Position numbers and translations under genes: made by a program. The notes below the pieces were generated by a model, which worked only from the letters and a program-made list of their open reading frames with translations, was not told the origin of the DNA and did no database searches. A stretch of DNA of 59,384 bases, the filler included, from Sphacelaria rigidula (taxonomy: Eukaryota), in NCBI GenBank assembly GCA_964200075.2. It is 10 parts of 10 records of this genome, joined end to end, with 100 filler letters (N's around TTAATTAATTAA, not from the genome) between each part and the next. Parts side by side here need not be neighbours in the genome. Positions count along the whole stretch, not along the records: positions 11,899 to 17,747 come from CAXNAA020023990.1; positions 17,848 to 23,696 come from CAXNAA020023991.1; positions 23,797 to 29,645 come from CAXNAA020023992.1; 7 more parts are not named here. One strand, 5' to 3'. This document shows, piece after piece, positions 12,014-24,524 of this stretch (its first letter is position 1; every line of letters begins with the position of its first letter).

Positions 12014-13367
12014 GGTACCAGACTGTCCGTGATGCTGTGGAGCATAAGACAATACACTATAGCGAACATAGTGAACATTAGATCGCAAAACGCAGTCTGG
12101 GGGAAGCAGGCACTATACTCCGTGACGGAGTAGGCTGGAACCGAACACCGGAAGAGGCAGGAACTATTTTATATCCACACGGGGGGGAATTTTCAGGGTA
12201 TTGACCGTACTATTGAACGGAGCAGACAGAACGCAGCTGGTCAGCTACAATAATACTCAAAATCTTTTACACCGTCTTCTATAGTCAACACGAGCCGACA
12301 ATTTTTGCGGCTAGTCTGAACAAAAACAGCAGGTCCTCTCATGCATCGACACATCAACACTCATTGCACGTCGAATATGGGGAGACACGAACGAGGCGCA
12401 CACATATGGCACATCAAACAAGATGAGCATACATCGAAGGTTCCAACTGATACACAAGCTGAACATGGAGGGGGAAACGCGATAATGCAAGTAATTACAA
12501 TCTTGCAAGACGTTGCGATTCAGCCGGTTTGAATCAACCCGTTTGAATTCGCGACACACAGAAGAAATCAAGTGTGTACAAGGAAGGACGAGGTAGTTGC
12601 GTAGCTGCAGCGTCCAATGATCACCACATTATGGTGCAGGATACTCTTGCATGGCAAAGTACATACACAGGCACAACGCACATTACTTGGGCGCATTGCT
12701 CTACAGACAGTTGAAGTTGTTGTAATCAGGAGGCATTTCAATCACTACACTATGAGGTTGCAATACAGTCAACTCAGTACAAAGATATAGCGTATCATCA
12801 CGGAAGGTAACACCCCTGAATAACATGTAACACATCCATGTACCTACATCTCGAAAACAAGGGGATAATAGCACGTTCACTACAAATGCAAGCCATCATT
12901 TTATAAGACGGAAAAATAAATTATCAAACCCTACATACCAGTCCAATGCGGTACACAGTAAATGTGAAAACCTGGATGGACAGGCTCATCTCATGAGATT
13001 CAACTCCGTGACGTTTCCGAATTTCATGACGGAATATAACACCCCCTAACAGAGTCAAAAGGGAAGTACATGCATCATTCCCGCAGGAAAGAAGAGGAAG
13101 CAGAAGCCTTGCACAAATCAAAATCAGGGTAAAACATACACAAATCAATCTGGTGTCAAACTTGTGCTCCGTCTCAGAAAAGGGCAATCAGAGCGTCGTG
13201 CAAAATGAAAACCAAAAACACGAAAATCGGACCGTTTCTTCAACACTGTTGCTTGCTCAATCAAGAATGGGAAAAATCATTCACGCCACAAAAATAAGTA
13301 CACACATGGTTACATCAAAACACTCCACAGCAATGGTGGGATCGTACAACACGTGCCTTTGGCCGGA

Positions 13368-14210
13368 TCAAAGGCCTGGATGTCCGGCATCTTTTAGCTT
13401 CGTCCGCTGCTGTACTCCACCATCCCGGAGAGGCTTCCCCCGATCGAACGGGTGGTCCAACCCCCGGGCTGCTCTCGCGCTTTTCCGGTCTTGTTCAGCG
13501 GAGAGATTTTGCGGCGTTCCAGGTGTGATCTGGTAGAACCCGTTGCCCTCGCCGCTTTGGCTGTGATCCGAGTCTTCGTCGTCTCCGCTGCGTTCGTCGT
13601 TGTTGTCGTCGTTGTTGTCGTCGTTGTTGTCGTGGTTTTCTTTGTCGTCGTCGTTGTTGTTCCCGTCTTGATCGTCGTCGTTGTTTTTGCTGTTGCTAGC
13701 TTCTATTTCTGCGGAAGTTTCTCGGAAGTATTCAAACTGTGGATCTCGGGCAGTGCTGGTTGAGAGGGGTACTCTCGGCCGAAGTGTCGTAGCCGACATT
13801 GCCTCTTGCGAAACCTGTCTTATCGGTTCAAGGGTTGCCGCTGATGTTGCCGCTTCAAGACGCCGATCGCTCGCCTGTTCTGTAGCACGTGCACGTGAGA
13901 CTACCCGGAATGTATTCCATAACTGCAGAACCTCCTGTCGTTGAGAAGCCACTTAAGATTGGTATGAAACCCAACGCCTACTTTCTGCCGGCCACGCGCC
14001 GTATAGGTACTCGAACCATCCTGACTTCCATACCCCATGATACCAATCCTCCAAGGTTTTGCACTCTGGACACGCTTCGATGATCGACCTTATGCTAGAA
14101 TAATTGAATGCACGTAAATCCAGGCACTCCGGGAGATCCTCCACGATGGCGCAGAGGGGGTCAATCGGGTAGAGGCCCGTAGGCAGAATCCTTGATGTAT
14201 ATTTATTCAT
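13368..14210 (-). pseudogene. Orphan ~280-codon intronless ORF split by one in-frame TAA; CxxC/Trp-rich N-terminus and Asn/Asp-rich tract
   Basis: ORFs 14210-13953 and 13952-13368 abut in the same frame. No family recognised. Confidence 0.45.
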
Positions 14211-17200
14211 TGATGCATATTATATATTGGCGAACTGGAACAGACTGGAACGGACTTGGACGAACACAACAACTACAACAACTGAGTACTGTGGGGAAAC
14301 CCAACCGCGCAAATCGGCAAAACTCACCTCCTTTCCCAGCTATCAATCACACGAGCGCAACATAACCACACATCCTATAATTGCGTCAAACACCATAATC
14401 TCATATGGACACACAAAGTACCATAATCGTGGTTGTTGCTACACACCACAAGCCACCGTGCCTACTTCAGGAATTATCATGTGTCACATGAGAGATATTC
14501 TCATTTTTTGCCCGATTTGACCGTCGCAAACAGTACCTGCACTTATTAACCGTTTATACCCGATCCTCAACCGAGGTGCATACCCCATCCTCAACCGAGA
14601 TACAAACATACTCCAGGCAAATCCAATCAACCATGTATATCATACTTGAGTGTGAGTGTATTCGATTAGCCCCCTTACTCTCGGCTCACGTAATAAAAAA
14701 TCATACTGGATATCAAGTGCCTCATTCTCGGAACGGATAATATTACTGTACGTTCGTCAAACATGAATCCAACAGTAAGAACTGAAAATAAAAATTCAAT
14801 CCCGTGAGAAAAATAATCTTCTTCAACTACACACATACATCGCAAACTTTTATACTTTAGCAATCAAAAAAATAATATCCTGAATATCTTCATTTCTTCG
14901 CCATTCTCAATTCCCATTATGACATTTGAAAACAGACTCGATTCTCCATCACATCTGTCAAATGTATGTCGTAGGCATGGCAATCAGATGCTCTTCTCTA
15001 CGTGAAATTCGATTTTACCAATCGCCTGCAACACGATCTATATTAGCCATGTCCCTACACTCATCATACACTTGCATGGTGATCCTGCATACATGCTCAA
15101 GCAAAAAATCATATCAGTGCTTTTTGTTCCACCTCACACAAAACAATTCATCAATAAAAAAACGCAAAACTAAAACCTGCAAATTGAAAACTCGCAGTAT
15201 CGGTAGTACTTGTAGCGCTCGTGAGGTACAGAAAGGAACTCAAATTCAAATCAAGTAAACTCGAACTAGAATATCAAAATACTAGAGGTACGCTCGAATG
15301 CAAAAATCCGTAGCATCTCTTACCTATTATAACACAAGAACACCAAAACTTGCTTCCGAAATCCTCTCGGCGTCCTCGAAAAAACCAAGACACGTCATCT
15401 CGAAACATCGTCAGCCCCCCTGATATCGACCGTCTATCAACCGCCTAGAATAGTTGAGATAGTCGACATCAGTGGACACCTGCAAGCTTGAATCTAATTA
15501 TGTCATAACGCAAAAAACATATTCTCGAAATTTCGTTCACTTCATATACCATAGAATAGTCAGAGAAGAACAAACTCCCAGCACATTTGCTCATTTCACA
15601 GCAATTTGCACCGCGTATAGACTATCATGGAGTTATTCCGGACATAGCACCAAACTCCGTAAGCATCCAAACTGTTGTACTCAAAACTAAGCGGTTGGCC
15701 AGTCCTATTCATCTCGAGTAACTACCGTTCAATGCAAAATTCGTTCGTCAATCTGCCGAATAAACTCCCAAAATATCGACACTCAGCGTCAAACTCTTCG
15801 GAATATTTCTCTTTTACACAAATCAACCCCAGTATACCAAAATTCAAGGGCATGTAGAGAAATCAAGTTCATGATTATTCTGCATGAATAGAACAGCTAC
15901 TACAAATCTACCAAAACAGATATTACTCTTTTTATCATTATCATACCCTGGGGAGAATAAAATATCATTAACTCCGCACAACACTGCGGCCCCCCTTTTC
16001 TGACGGCGGCCCCCCTGCTCTCATATCACGTGTTTCTTTCAGGGGGTATTCCTTCCGGGTCCATAAAATATCAATCGCGGACGGGTTATCAAATGTTTGG
16101 TTGCACCCTAGACGGACAACACTCGCGAGAGTATACTCATGGTGGAATTCACGCTATAGATATCTGACTCGAAATCCAAATCTGCAAGTCACAAACAAAA
16201 TAAAATGCTCGATGCAAAACGGTGTAGGTTACGAGATACGAAATGTTTCAACTAGTCAAAGAAAGGGAATAGTTGTATCAGCCCCCTTTTCGACAGCCGG
16301 ACGATAGAATCACTGCAATTGTGTGAAGGATCAAACTGGAAAATTACATCCAAGCTGCGGTACTCAGTTGTGGGAATAAAATCTAAACGACACACAAAAA
16401 TCGCAACTACAAAAATACGAAAAGGGATCATGACATCACCCCCCCCCATGATTTCTTTCCCAACTGCAGAATTACAAAAGCGGTACAGTCATGTGGAGGG
16501 TCGAACTGAAAAAAATCAAACCCAGATTACGGTACCAAGTTTGGGGGAAAAGAACCCAAAACACACAAAAAAAACGCAACTACAGGGGTACAGTATGTAC
16601 CACACGCGTACTTGCAATAAGGGCACGAGGATGCCTTGATACGGGTGTGGCACGGTGTAGAAAATTCCGAAACAAAAATATGCCGAGCTCAAATCAATCC
16701 TGCTATACTTATCACGCAAAAATCTAGATTCCAAAGCATTTCTGATCCATGCCCTGGCCTCTGCTAACCCCCCCAGACAGTGGCGGCATCGTCGCCCGGC
16801 CGCGGTCGCTTGTCTCTCTTTCCGTCTTGCGGTATCGCGACTCGGACTTCGCCGCTTGTGCACATCCGCCTCGGTTGAAAAGCAGTTGCCTCTCCACAAG
16901 ATTGGAGTCGAGCACCGATGGGCAGGTCATGCGTTCGGAAGGGAAAATCCCAGGAATAAGTCGTCTATTCAAGTTTTACAGTATTACCGCGATCTACTTT
17001 CCAAGTTTTATCGGACTATGTATATGTCTATCTACGTGGAACATGGCATGTTCAAATCTCAACGAAAAATGCATCGGGAAATTCAAATTCGCTCTCAAAT
17101 ATACGCACGTCCCTCGACAACAAATATTCAAGAAAATAACTACCAAAAACATATAGCCACTTGTGGAAAAAATAATCCTCAGTAAAATACTTTGCTTGGC

Positions 17201-17553
17201 TTACCCCAACAGTTCAAGTTTTCAAATTTTACTATGCCGTCAAAACATATCATCATATCAACACAATACTAAATTCCGTAGATGCATTAATTCTCGTTGC
17301 ATACAATTTTCGCCTACTTCAAACGAGAACGGGGTAAATAAAAAGGAAACCATGCACGCATACCAAACCGTACAGACAAGCTAGTCTAACTATACTGTGA
17401 ATCAATAATTGACCAACGGGGGGTAGTAGGACAAATATCGGCAACAGCCAATGCAAGTCAAGTACGTGAAACGAAAAATCAAGAATCAAAAACCGAAAAA
17501 CAACTCGCGATTGTCCCACATCAGAAATCGAAAATCAACTCGCGATTGTCCCG

Positions 17554-17747
17554 ACACGTGGACAGATAGCACCCTGTGGGGCGCACTGTTCAGGGTCCGT
17601 ACAGGGTCCTCCACAGTCTTTATGAAAAACCCTGACAGTGAAATGCAAAATCTGTACCCGTGGCAGCGTTTTGATAGGGTTTTCCCCAGGAACAGCCAAT
17701 CATCTATGTTGAGGATGGTGCTTTTGATTGAGGATGAGAACCCGGAG
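17554..17747. mobile_element. Left terminus of a CAC...GTG TIR element
   Basis: ACACGTGGACAGATAGCACCCTGTGG followed by CAGGG/CCCTG repeats; the contig breaks inside it. Confidence 0.65.
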
Positions 17748-18088
17748 NNNNNNNNNNNNNNNNNNNNNNNNNNNNNNNNNNNNNNNNNNNNTTAATTAAT
17801 TAANNNNNNNNNNNNNNNNNNNNNNNNNNNNNNNNNNNNNNNNNNNNCTAGTTGTCCCGCTAATTTGCTACAGAGTAAAAACTCACACAATGCAAGCAGC
17901 CAGGCTGTGCATATTTCTAACAACTAAAACATAATAAACGATGTATGGTTTTCAGAAAGTTCTTTCGCCTACCTGCTCCTGACCCGTGATCGGCAGAGCA
18001 GAGTTTGTATACAAAGCACCCCGCGACGAGGCACGTTTGTACATATTTTTCAATAAGGAGTAGGAGAAGGAACGTAGGGGTAGAGTAG

Positions 18089-18290
18089 TGCGATGCGTAG
18101 GAGGAGGCATGCTTTTTGGACCGCATCGGAATTTGAACACCCCAGGGTCCACGTTTTTAAACTCCGCTCGGGCCAGTCCCTGCACGAACCGCGCCCCTGA
18201 CCCTGACCCCAAGACTAACCCCAACCCTGTTCATGGAGGTGTTGAACTCGGGTGCGGTCCCAAAAGCGCGCGGCCCTCCGACGCATTACA
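18089..18290 (-). mobile_element. Second copy of the TGT..ACA telomere-repeat MITE
   Basis: Ends ...GACGCATTACA; its reverse complement aligns with 6923-7132 (shared GCAGGGACTGGCCCGA core). Flanks GTAG/GTGG give a 4-bp TSD with one mismatch. Confidence 0.8.
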
Positions 18291-18307
18291 GTGGAAATGG
18301 GAGTGGG

Positions 18308-18421
18308 TGTAATGCGGGAGGGGACCGCGTGCTGCGGGGACCGCACCGGCGTTTAAAGACCCCTATGGTTAGGGTTAGGAGAGTAGGAGTAGGAGTAGGA
18401 GTAGGAGTAGGGAGTAGGAGT
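18308..18421 (+). mobile_element. Truncated third copy of the same MITE, running into (TAGGAG)n
   Basis: TGTAATGCGGGAGGGGACCGCGTGC...CCCCTATGGTTAGGGTTAGG followed by about six GAGTAG units. Confidence 0.75.
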
Positions 18422-18575
18422 CTACCGATGCTTGGATGGCAATCACTGGAACTGGGTTGTTATTCATGAGAGATATTTTCAATCCCACGTCCGGCAATCT
18501 GCTGACCGTCACTTTATCACCGTACTCGATGTACTTGTGTTCCCGTGGTGTTCGCGTGACTTCCGGAACAAACAG

Positions 18576-18976
18576 CGACAAAACCAGCATCAGCTCCCGT
18601 CATGTGCAACTCCTACGGGTGCCCCAACGGGTGGATCCCGATTCGGGACGCAGCGCAAACCCCGTGCAGGAACGGGAAATGCACCACCAGGCAATGCTGC
18701 GAGTCCTTCTGCTGGAGCTTCCCTTGCCCCGGACCGTACATCCCCGACCCTGTCACTGTAAACCACAAGTGCCCTTCTAGCACTGGCTGCACCTTGAACA
18801 AGTGCTGCGCCGCCTTTTGCTGGGGCCACGCATGCCCTAACGGCCTCATCCCCAACCCCAAGACCGTGAACGACCAGTGCCCCGACTCTACTTGTACCGG
18901 AGATCACTGCCCCCCGTCCGGCTGCACCGACGAGCTGTGCTGCATCAAGCCGCACGAACAGACTACGATGTTCTAG
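18576..18976 (+). CDS. Terminal exon of a Cys-rich repeat protein, probably extracellular
   Basis: Three modules of the form C-x2-[YFH]-x-CP-x-[GP]-x-IP-xn-C-xn-CT-x3-CC. Candidate acceptor AAACAG ends at 18575; the frame is intact to TAG. Confidence 0.75.
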
Positions 18977-19560
18977 AATACACGTGAGTGTCAATTCGAG
19001 AAGTGCTTGGTGGACACAGTAGTGCTGGACTGCTTTCTGCGTTGACTTGTAGTTTCTAGGTTTCCAAGAGTATACTACAACGAGATTTAACAATACGTGC
19101 TCACATACGGTCGATGAAACAGCGTTTGAGCTACAACTCTATCGGACCTTTGCATAGAAATGGATGTGTCAGTGATCTTCGGTGGTGATGATTGTACGGT
19201 GCGCTGCCGTTTGTGTTACCTCTTTCATCCCATGCATGCACACAGTATGTACAGGGTTTTTGAGACGGGCTATCCCTTAGGATCCCTCGTGAACGTACCA
19301 CCGTGCGGATGCAGTATTCTTTTAGTAGCTGCAACCCTCATGGGGCTACAACGAGGGCAGAGCACGACGTTAGATGTCGTACCGAGTACATTTGTGGTGT
19401 TCCCACACAGTTGAAACCGGTGGTAAAGATCGAAGCGATCATTTAGGTCGAAACGATATGACAGATTTAGGAAACAGACGAAGACTATAAATACCAGGGG
19501 TCTGTCAAAAAAACAATCGGAAAACGTACGCCCCCAAATCAAAAGTTTGAGTTTTTGAAC

Positions 19561-19620
19561 GGAGGGGGGGGCGGGGGGGGTACTGATGATCTTGCGTGCT
19601 TCCGTCATATGACCGTTGAC
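19561..19620 (-). mobile_element. Short 3' end of poly(C)-tailed retroelement, subfamily P2
   Basis: Reverse complement reads GTCAACGGTCATATGAC...GCAAGATCATCAGTA followed by a C tract; homologous to 50170-50211. Confidence 0.65.
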
Positions 19621-19846
19621 TACTTCCAGAGACAGCCATGGCTTACACGTTGCCTCATGAGTGTGTTACCATTTCAAAACTACGCAGTACGGTCATCCAC
19701 TTTGCGGGAGTTGAGGTCCTCCAACCCGCACAATATTATTCAGCTCGACCAAGATCATGGTTACTGCGAAAAAAACGCTAGCGCGCAAAACAAATCGGGA
19801 ATCTGATTTCCTAGCTTACGCAGTGAGTGGCGTGTTTTACAGCGTC
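19621..19846 (+). repeat. Dispersed repeat R (~230 nt), second copy at 49268-49505
   Basis: Shared blocks GACAG.CA.GGCTTA, GGAGTTGAGGT, AGCGCGCAAAA and TGAGTGGCGTGTTTTACAGCG. Confidence 0.75.
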
Positions 19847-19860
19847 GACATATGGTGGTG

Positions 19861-20080
19861 TCGTGTGTATCGTAGGTATGACATCCGAAAATACCCGACT
19901 TGGCGAGTACGGTATATAGGTATTGGAATAACGAAGTACCGTGAGTATCGTAGGTATGAGTTACCCGATCGAGCGGGTACGGACACGGTGGGTATTGAAA
20001 TCTCGGAATACCGTGGTATCGTGGGTATCGTAGGTATGACGCTTGAATATACCCGATTGGACTGGTATCGGTAGGGTGTA
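19861..20080. repeat. Three ~79-nt-spaced copies of CGTG(T/A/G)GTATCGTAGGTATGA, probably subterminal repeats of a TE
   Basis: Motif at ~19862, ~19940 and ~20020. Confidence 0.7.
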
Positions 20081-20599
20081 AGAGACTGTCCACTTACCAC
20101 AATCGTTTCCTGTCACCATCTTGTCCGACCATTTACTGCCATACATCTGAAATGTCAACATCACGTGCATGCCCCGCCGCACCGTACCGCTAAATTTTGT
20201 GCAGATAAATGATCACGGTCGAAGGTGCCGCATGCAGGTAGCTGCCGGCGATTGAAGCGCGCACATGTGCGGCGCTTGGAAGCATATTGGATGGAACAAG
20301 GACCAGGATTGACATCGAGTTTGCAAAAGTCCTGAACCCTAGCCGAGCCTCCGGGTTAAAGGCACACGAACCCGTCCGCGGGGTACGTGTTTGGGTGAGG
20401 TTTCCTACTTTCTTGAAAAAGAGTACTGTTGTGCCCTCTGTCTTTGCTTGGTGGTATTATGACCCGATGCCCCCCCGTACAAGGTTTGTTTTTGCCCGAC
20501 GTTTGCGCGTGCGTGCTCGGGGATGACTGTTGTAAGCTTGTGAGACATGCTACGGTAGGGACGGGGGGGCGTTTGAGGGCCAGACGTGTGTGAGACGAC

Positions 20600-22350
20600 C
20601 TCACACACTCGTGGCGCACCTGTATTTATGTGAGAACGGCGGTATGTTACATGGTGCGAAGGACGATCCAGCTCCAACTGCAAGATTAACGGGCGATGTC
20701 AACGCGACTGTGATTTCGCTGAGTTCAGAAGATGCAGTATTGTCCGTGTTCGATGATCGTTGGGAGCTATTCCAGCAATGACAAGGTCGTACCGAGGGTA
20801 TAATATAAATAATAGAGATAATGGCGTGGCTCCACTTGCCCCGAGACTAGAGTAGAAGAGGTGGGTGTTTTTGTAGAAATTCAGCGGAAGCAACAGCTTT
20901 TCTGCAGGTTTGTTGGGTGAAGCTCGTTCTTGTTTCGATCGAAAATAGCAAGGCTTACACGGGTGCAGCGTGGACAGGAGAATCAATTGGGTTCATTCTA
21001 AATGTATGAAGGATGGAGAGATCCATGTTCTGGCGCGAATGAATTCCGTTGTTTGCGCATGAATGCTTGTTTCGCTTGAAAATGACAACTTGGTCGCACC
21101 ACCCCTCTTTGGTAGTTAAGAACTCGTTCTCAAACCAAACGAGTTCATGTTCGTGGGTGATATCACGTGTCTGGTTCAGGAAGTACGCTAAAAATGGCGT
21201 TTCTCTCCAACACGACACTCGTGGGTATTTTGCAAGGCAGATGATTCCGCCCGAACGCCTGAAGCCTCGCTTTCGCGAGTACGTGCGTGCAGTGGGGTCG
21301 CAGCTGTGCGTGCGTTCCTCAGTAGAAGTTAGAGTTATGATATCAGTGGATTGGGCTGAATACTTCGTGAAGGGATGTGGTGAGACGTCCTCCCACGTAG
21401 ATGCGGACGCACGGAATCATGGACGTTGGTGTGAGGTTTCCCACGAGAAATGGCCTCAGGCGTTTCTAACTGAAGCTCCTACCCGCAAATCACGCGGCGA
21501 AGCACAGAAATGCACGATTGCCAACCAAGCTGCACTTCCCCCAACATGGAGCCACTCAGGCGCATTTTGCGATCGTATGTTCTGCACTTCCGCTGTGCTG
21601 CGAAACAGAACGGCATAATCTGACCACGCAAGACAGTGGGTGTGATTTCTCCACTGCTCCAGTCCCCAGCCTCCAGGTCGGAATATTCATTGCATACAGT
21701 AATGTTTTGATAGTTTTGTATCCTTGAAGCAATCTAGCCGTCCCATAGCGCACGAGTTTCTCAATGTCCCGCGATGAGCTTGGGCCAAGAAATCGCCGAC
21801 TTGTTGCATCGGACTCACGAGGGGTTCATGCGTTCAGGGGTTGGTATCTCTGGAACTTGGAAGCTGTTGTGGCCGTCGTTGTGGTACAACGCACAACGTT
21901 GACCGCAGCCGGTGAATTCGAAAACTAATTTCTATCGTGATTGCGTTGCCGTCTTCCTTATAGGAACTAGCTGCGGTTTGTAGATAGTCTTCACCCCAGC
22001 CTCACCGGCCCTGTCGGACTGTATGATCTCTCCGGTGGAGGCGTCGACGTGGGACTTCATGATGAGTTCCCCAAACACCAGGCCCTCCTGGAGCTTCACG
22101 TTCACCCATATGTGCCCCTGATGCGTGACAGGTCTTGTGGAAACATACTACTTGACCTGTGCTTCCAGCTCTGCAAACGTCGATTGTACTACGGCAACGC
22201 CCCGACACGGAACGACGAGTAACACAAAACCTTGATTGACTCACGGATAATTGTACATGCGGTACATGTGGCAGTTACTGCGTCGGCGGGGCCAAGATGG
22301 TTTGCAGCCATTGTGTCCAAGATCACGCTGCTGCGTGCACCCCTTTTCTG
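20600..22350 (-). mobile_element. Highly degraded Copia-like pol (protease to integrase)
   Basis: Fragments in Copia order on the minus strand: VILDTMAANHL; RRFLGPSSSRDIEKLVRYG; STDII...ETPFLAY; HAAPV...RSKQERA; GASGATPLSL...RYDLVIAG...RTRTILHL. Confidence 0.5.
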
Positions 22351-23796
22351 CGCGGCATATCGAGCAACGAAGCGCATTAACACTCCCTTCTCGACCCCCC
22401 GATCGAAAACAAACATGATGATGAACGTTTTTATTGTTCGTGCACCGCAAACAAAACCGCACTGTTGATGTGTATCACGTCTATCACTCCGTTGAGCTCG
22501 ATAGGGGGGCTTTGCGGCGACGCGTACCGTACCTCCACGTGTACATGGAGATCACATAATATTATGTCGGCTGTGTTCCCCCGTTTCGATGTTGCAGTGC
22601 AGAAGGACCAATGTTAGAGTTATCCCGTAGTATTCTGGAAGCCGCTCTACACCTTTCGGTACATGTGGGCGCAACATGTCCAATAAGGTTTCACTTGGGA
22701 CTCTTGCCGAGATAACCCCCCCACAAACCGGCAACAAAGGTGTGCAGAGGGGGTGAAAATATAGACCGTTCGAGCTGGTTTCGCGAGGACGAACCGACCC
22801 TTTTGGGTGTTATAACTGAATTAGGGCTAGTACACTCTTCTCACGTGGGCGAATCTGCTGCAAAGGAACAACCCAATATTGGAACCGCAGCCTCGTTCCA
22901 ATCTCTCACACCTGGACGTTTTTGTGCGAGGTCCAAAACATCCGTCATCCGGCAAGGAGCATGCTACAGTCCTGATGCCGACATAGACCCTTCACAAGAA
23001 ATGGCTGGTTTTGGGACGCGAAAAGTACACGTAAATCGATACGAGAAAAGCCGGGTACAACGAGCAGCTTCGAACGTCAAGGATAGGGGGGGTTCGCCGC
23101 CGTAGTCGTCCCAACGACTCGCTTCATACATCCTGAAACCAAGTATCAGGCGCTGTACGACCACTTCCTTCGTGGGGGGTTCGGGCTGGTTCTTTGGAGG
23201 GGCTATCTCAGCCTGGCTATAAGGAAGATGAAACGTCGACGACAAACCACGCCACGAACCGGACGCCGACGCGAACAGCGCTGAAGTCGTCATGATCAAA
23301 CGAAACCGTTCATGGCCAAATTACATGGGCATGACGTGGACTTAGCATAGATGAGCTTCACTGACAGTACAGCACACTGCTTAAAGAGCGATACCCACGC
23401 CACTCACGCGACTCGATGAGCATATCCCTGGTACCCGTCGACAGATATCCAGAAACATGTAGAAAACGCATGACCTACAGGCTAAGGCATCAAGAACCGA
23501 GGCAGTCACCGTCTCCGTCCTGCTACAAAACAAATGAAGAACTTCTCGACGCGTAGGGGGAACGAAGCACTATTGCTTTCTTCGTCGGGGTCAACATGTG
23601 TTCGAGCACAATACAACGGAGGGAAATCCACTCGGCAAGTTAGGCGGTGTAAAATGGCGAGCGCTTGCTTGGGCGTAATGAAGCTTACCCCCCCCCNNNN
23701 NNNNNNNNNNNNNNNNNNNNNNNNNNNNNNNNNNNNNNNNTTAATTAATTAANNNNNNNNNNNNNNNNNNNNNNNNNNNNNNNNNNNNNNNNNNNN

Positions 23797-24063
23797 GAGA
23801 GAACGGGGGTTCGATTCCCGATGCGTTGGGTTTTCCCTTCGTGATGTATGATTTCCACCGTGGAAAGCGTGAAAACGTGAGCAAATAAAATAGTCGACTG
23901 GGTTTGTGTGACGTGAGTTGACGTGGTGCGGGAGTGCTGATCCAACCCGCGAGACCAAAATGAAAAGCACGTACCGGGAAAGAGAGTGGTCAATCCCTTG
24001 AGACCACGGACTCATCCCGAGGAAGGGCGGGGGAGGGGGGGTTCAAAGTGTGAGGAAAAAAAA
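23797..24063 (+). mobile_element. Candidate tRNA-headed SINE with an RTE-like 3' end
   Basis: B-box GGTTCGATTCCC at 23808-23819. The 3' part GAGACCACGG...GGGGGGTTCAAAGTGTGAGG(A)n resembles the RTE terminus; a similar end lies at ~41660-41719. Confidence 0.4.
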
Positions 24064-24141
24064 GAACAGCACAGCACAGTACAGCGCAGCAGCATCTGTG
24101 ACTGCAGTAAAACACGGTACGGGACCACGCAGTACGTCACG

Positions 24142-24179
24142 GCAAAGCAAAGCAAAGCAAAGCAAAGCAAAGCAAAGCA
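24142..24179. repeat. (GCAAA)n microsatellite
   Basis: Seven tandem GCAAA units. Confidence 0.95.
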
Positions 24180-24344
24180 CGGATAAAACTACAGTTCTTC
24201 ACAATACAACGGCACAGCACGGCTCAATCAAGCCTACCCCAGCAGCCTTGCACGAAGAAAAAAAAAACACATCAGCGCGGGGAGTACGACAGCGCAACAC
24301 AACACACACAGCCACCCTCCCTCACCCTACCGATACTCACGTAC

Positions 24345-24524
24345 CTGTGCCATTTTGCTCTCGTCCATGCGCAGCGTGTAGACTATAGTGCGGCCCAGGG
24401 GCGACGCACTTTGCGGCAGATACAGTGCTATTTCATCGCCTTGCTTTAGTGGGCGCGTGACCTTTTTCCCGAGCTTTATCCCGTTTATCGAAGTCCCGTT
24501 GCTGCCAGGGTCACGTAGTCGCAG
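24345..24524 (-). CDS. Exon or pseudo-exon encoding the C-terminal half of an FHA domain
   Basis: LRLRDPGSNGTSINGIKLGKKVTRPLKQGDEIALYLP matches the FHA S-NGT-vNG...L..GD-I pattern. Donor is CAG|GTACGT; no canonical acceptor was found. Confidence 0.7.

Noticed and set aside
19861..20040. Three ~21-nt repeats with unique spacers, CRISPR-like
   Set aside because: Only three units with ~58-nt spacers that share GGTAT motifs, no cas genes, and a eukaryotic context. TE subterminal repeats explain it better.
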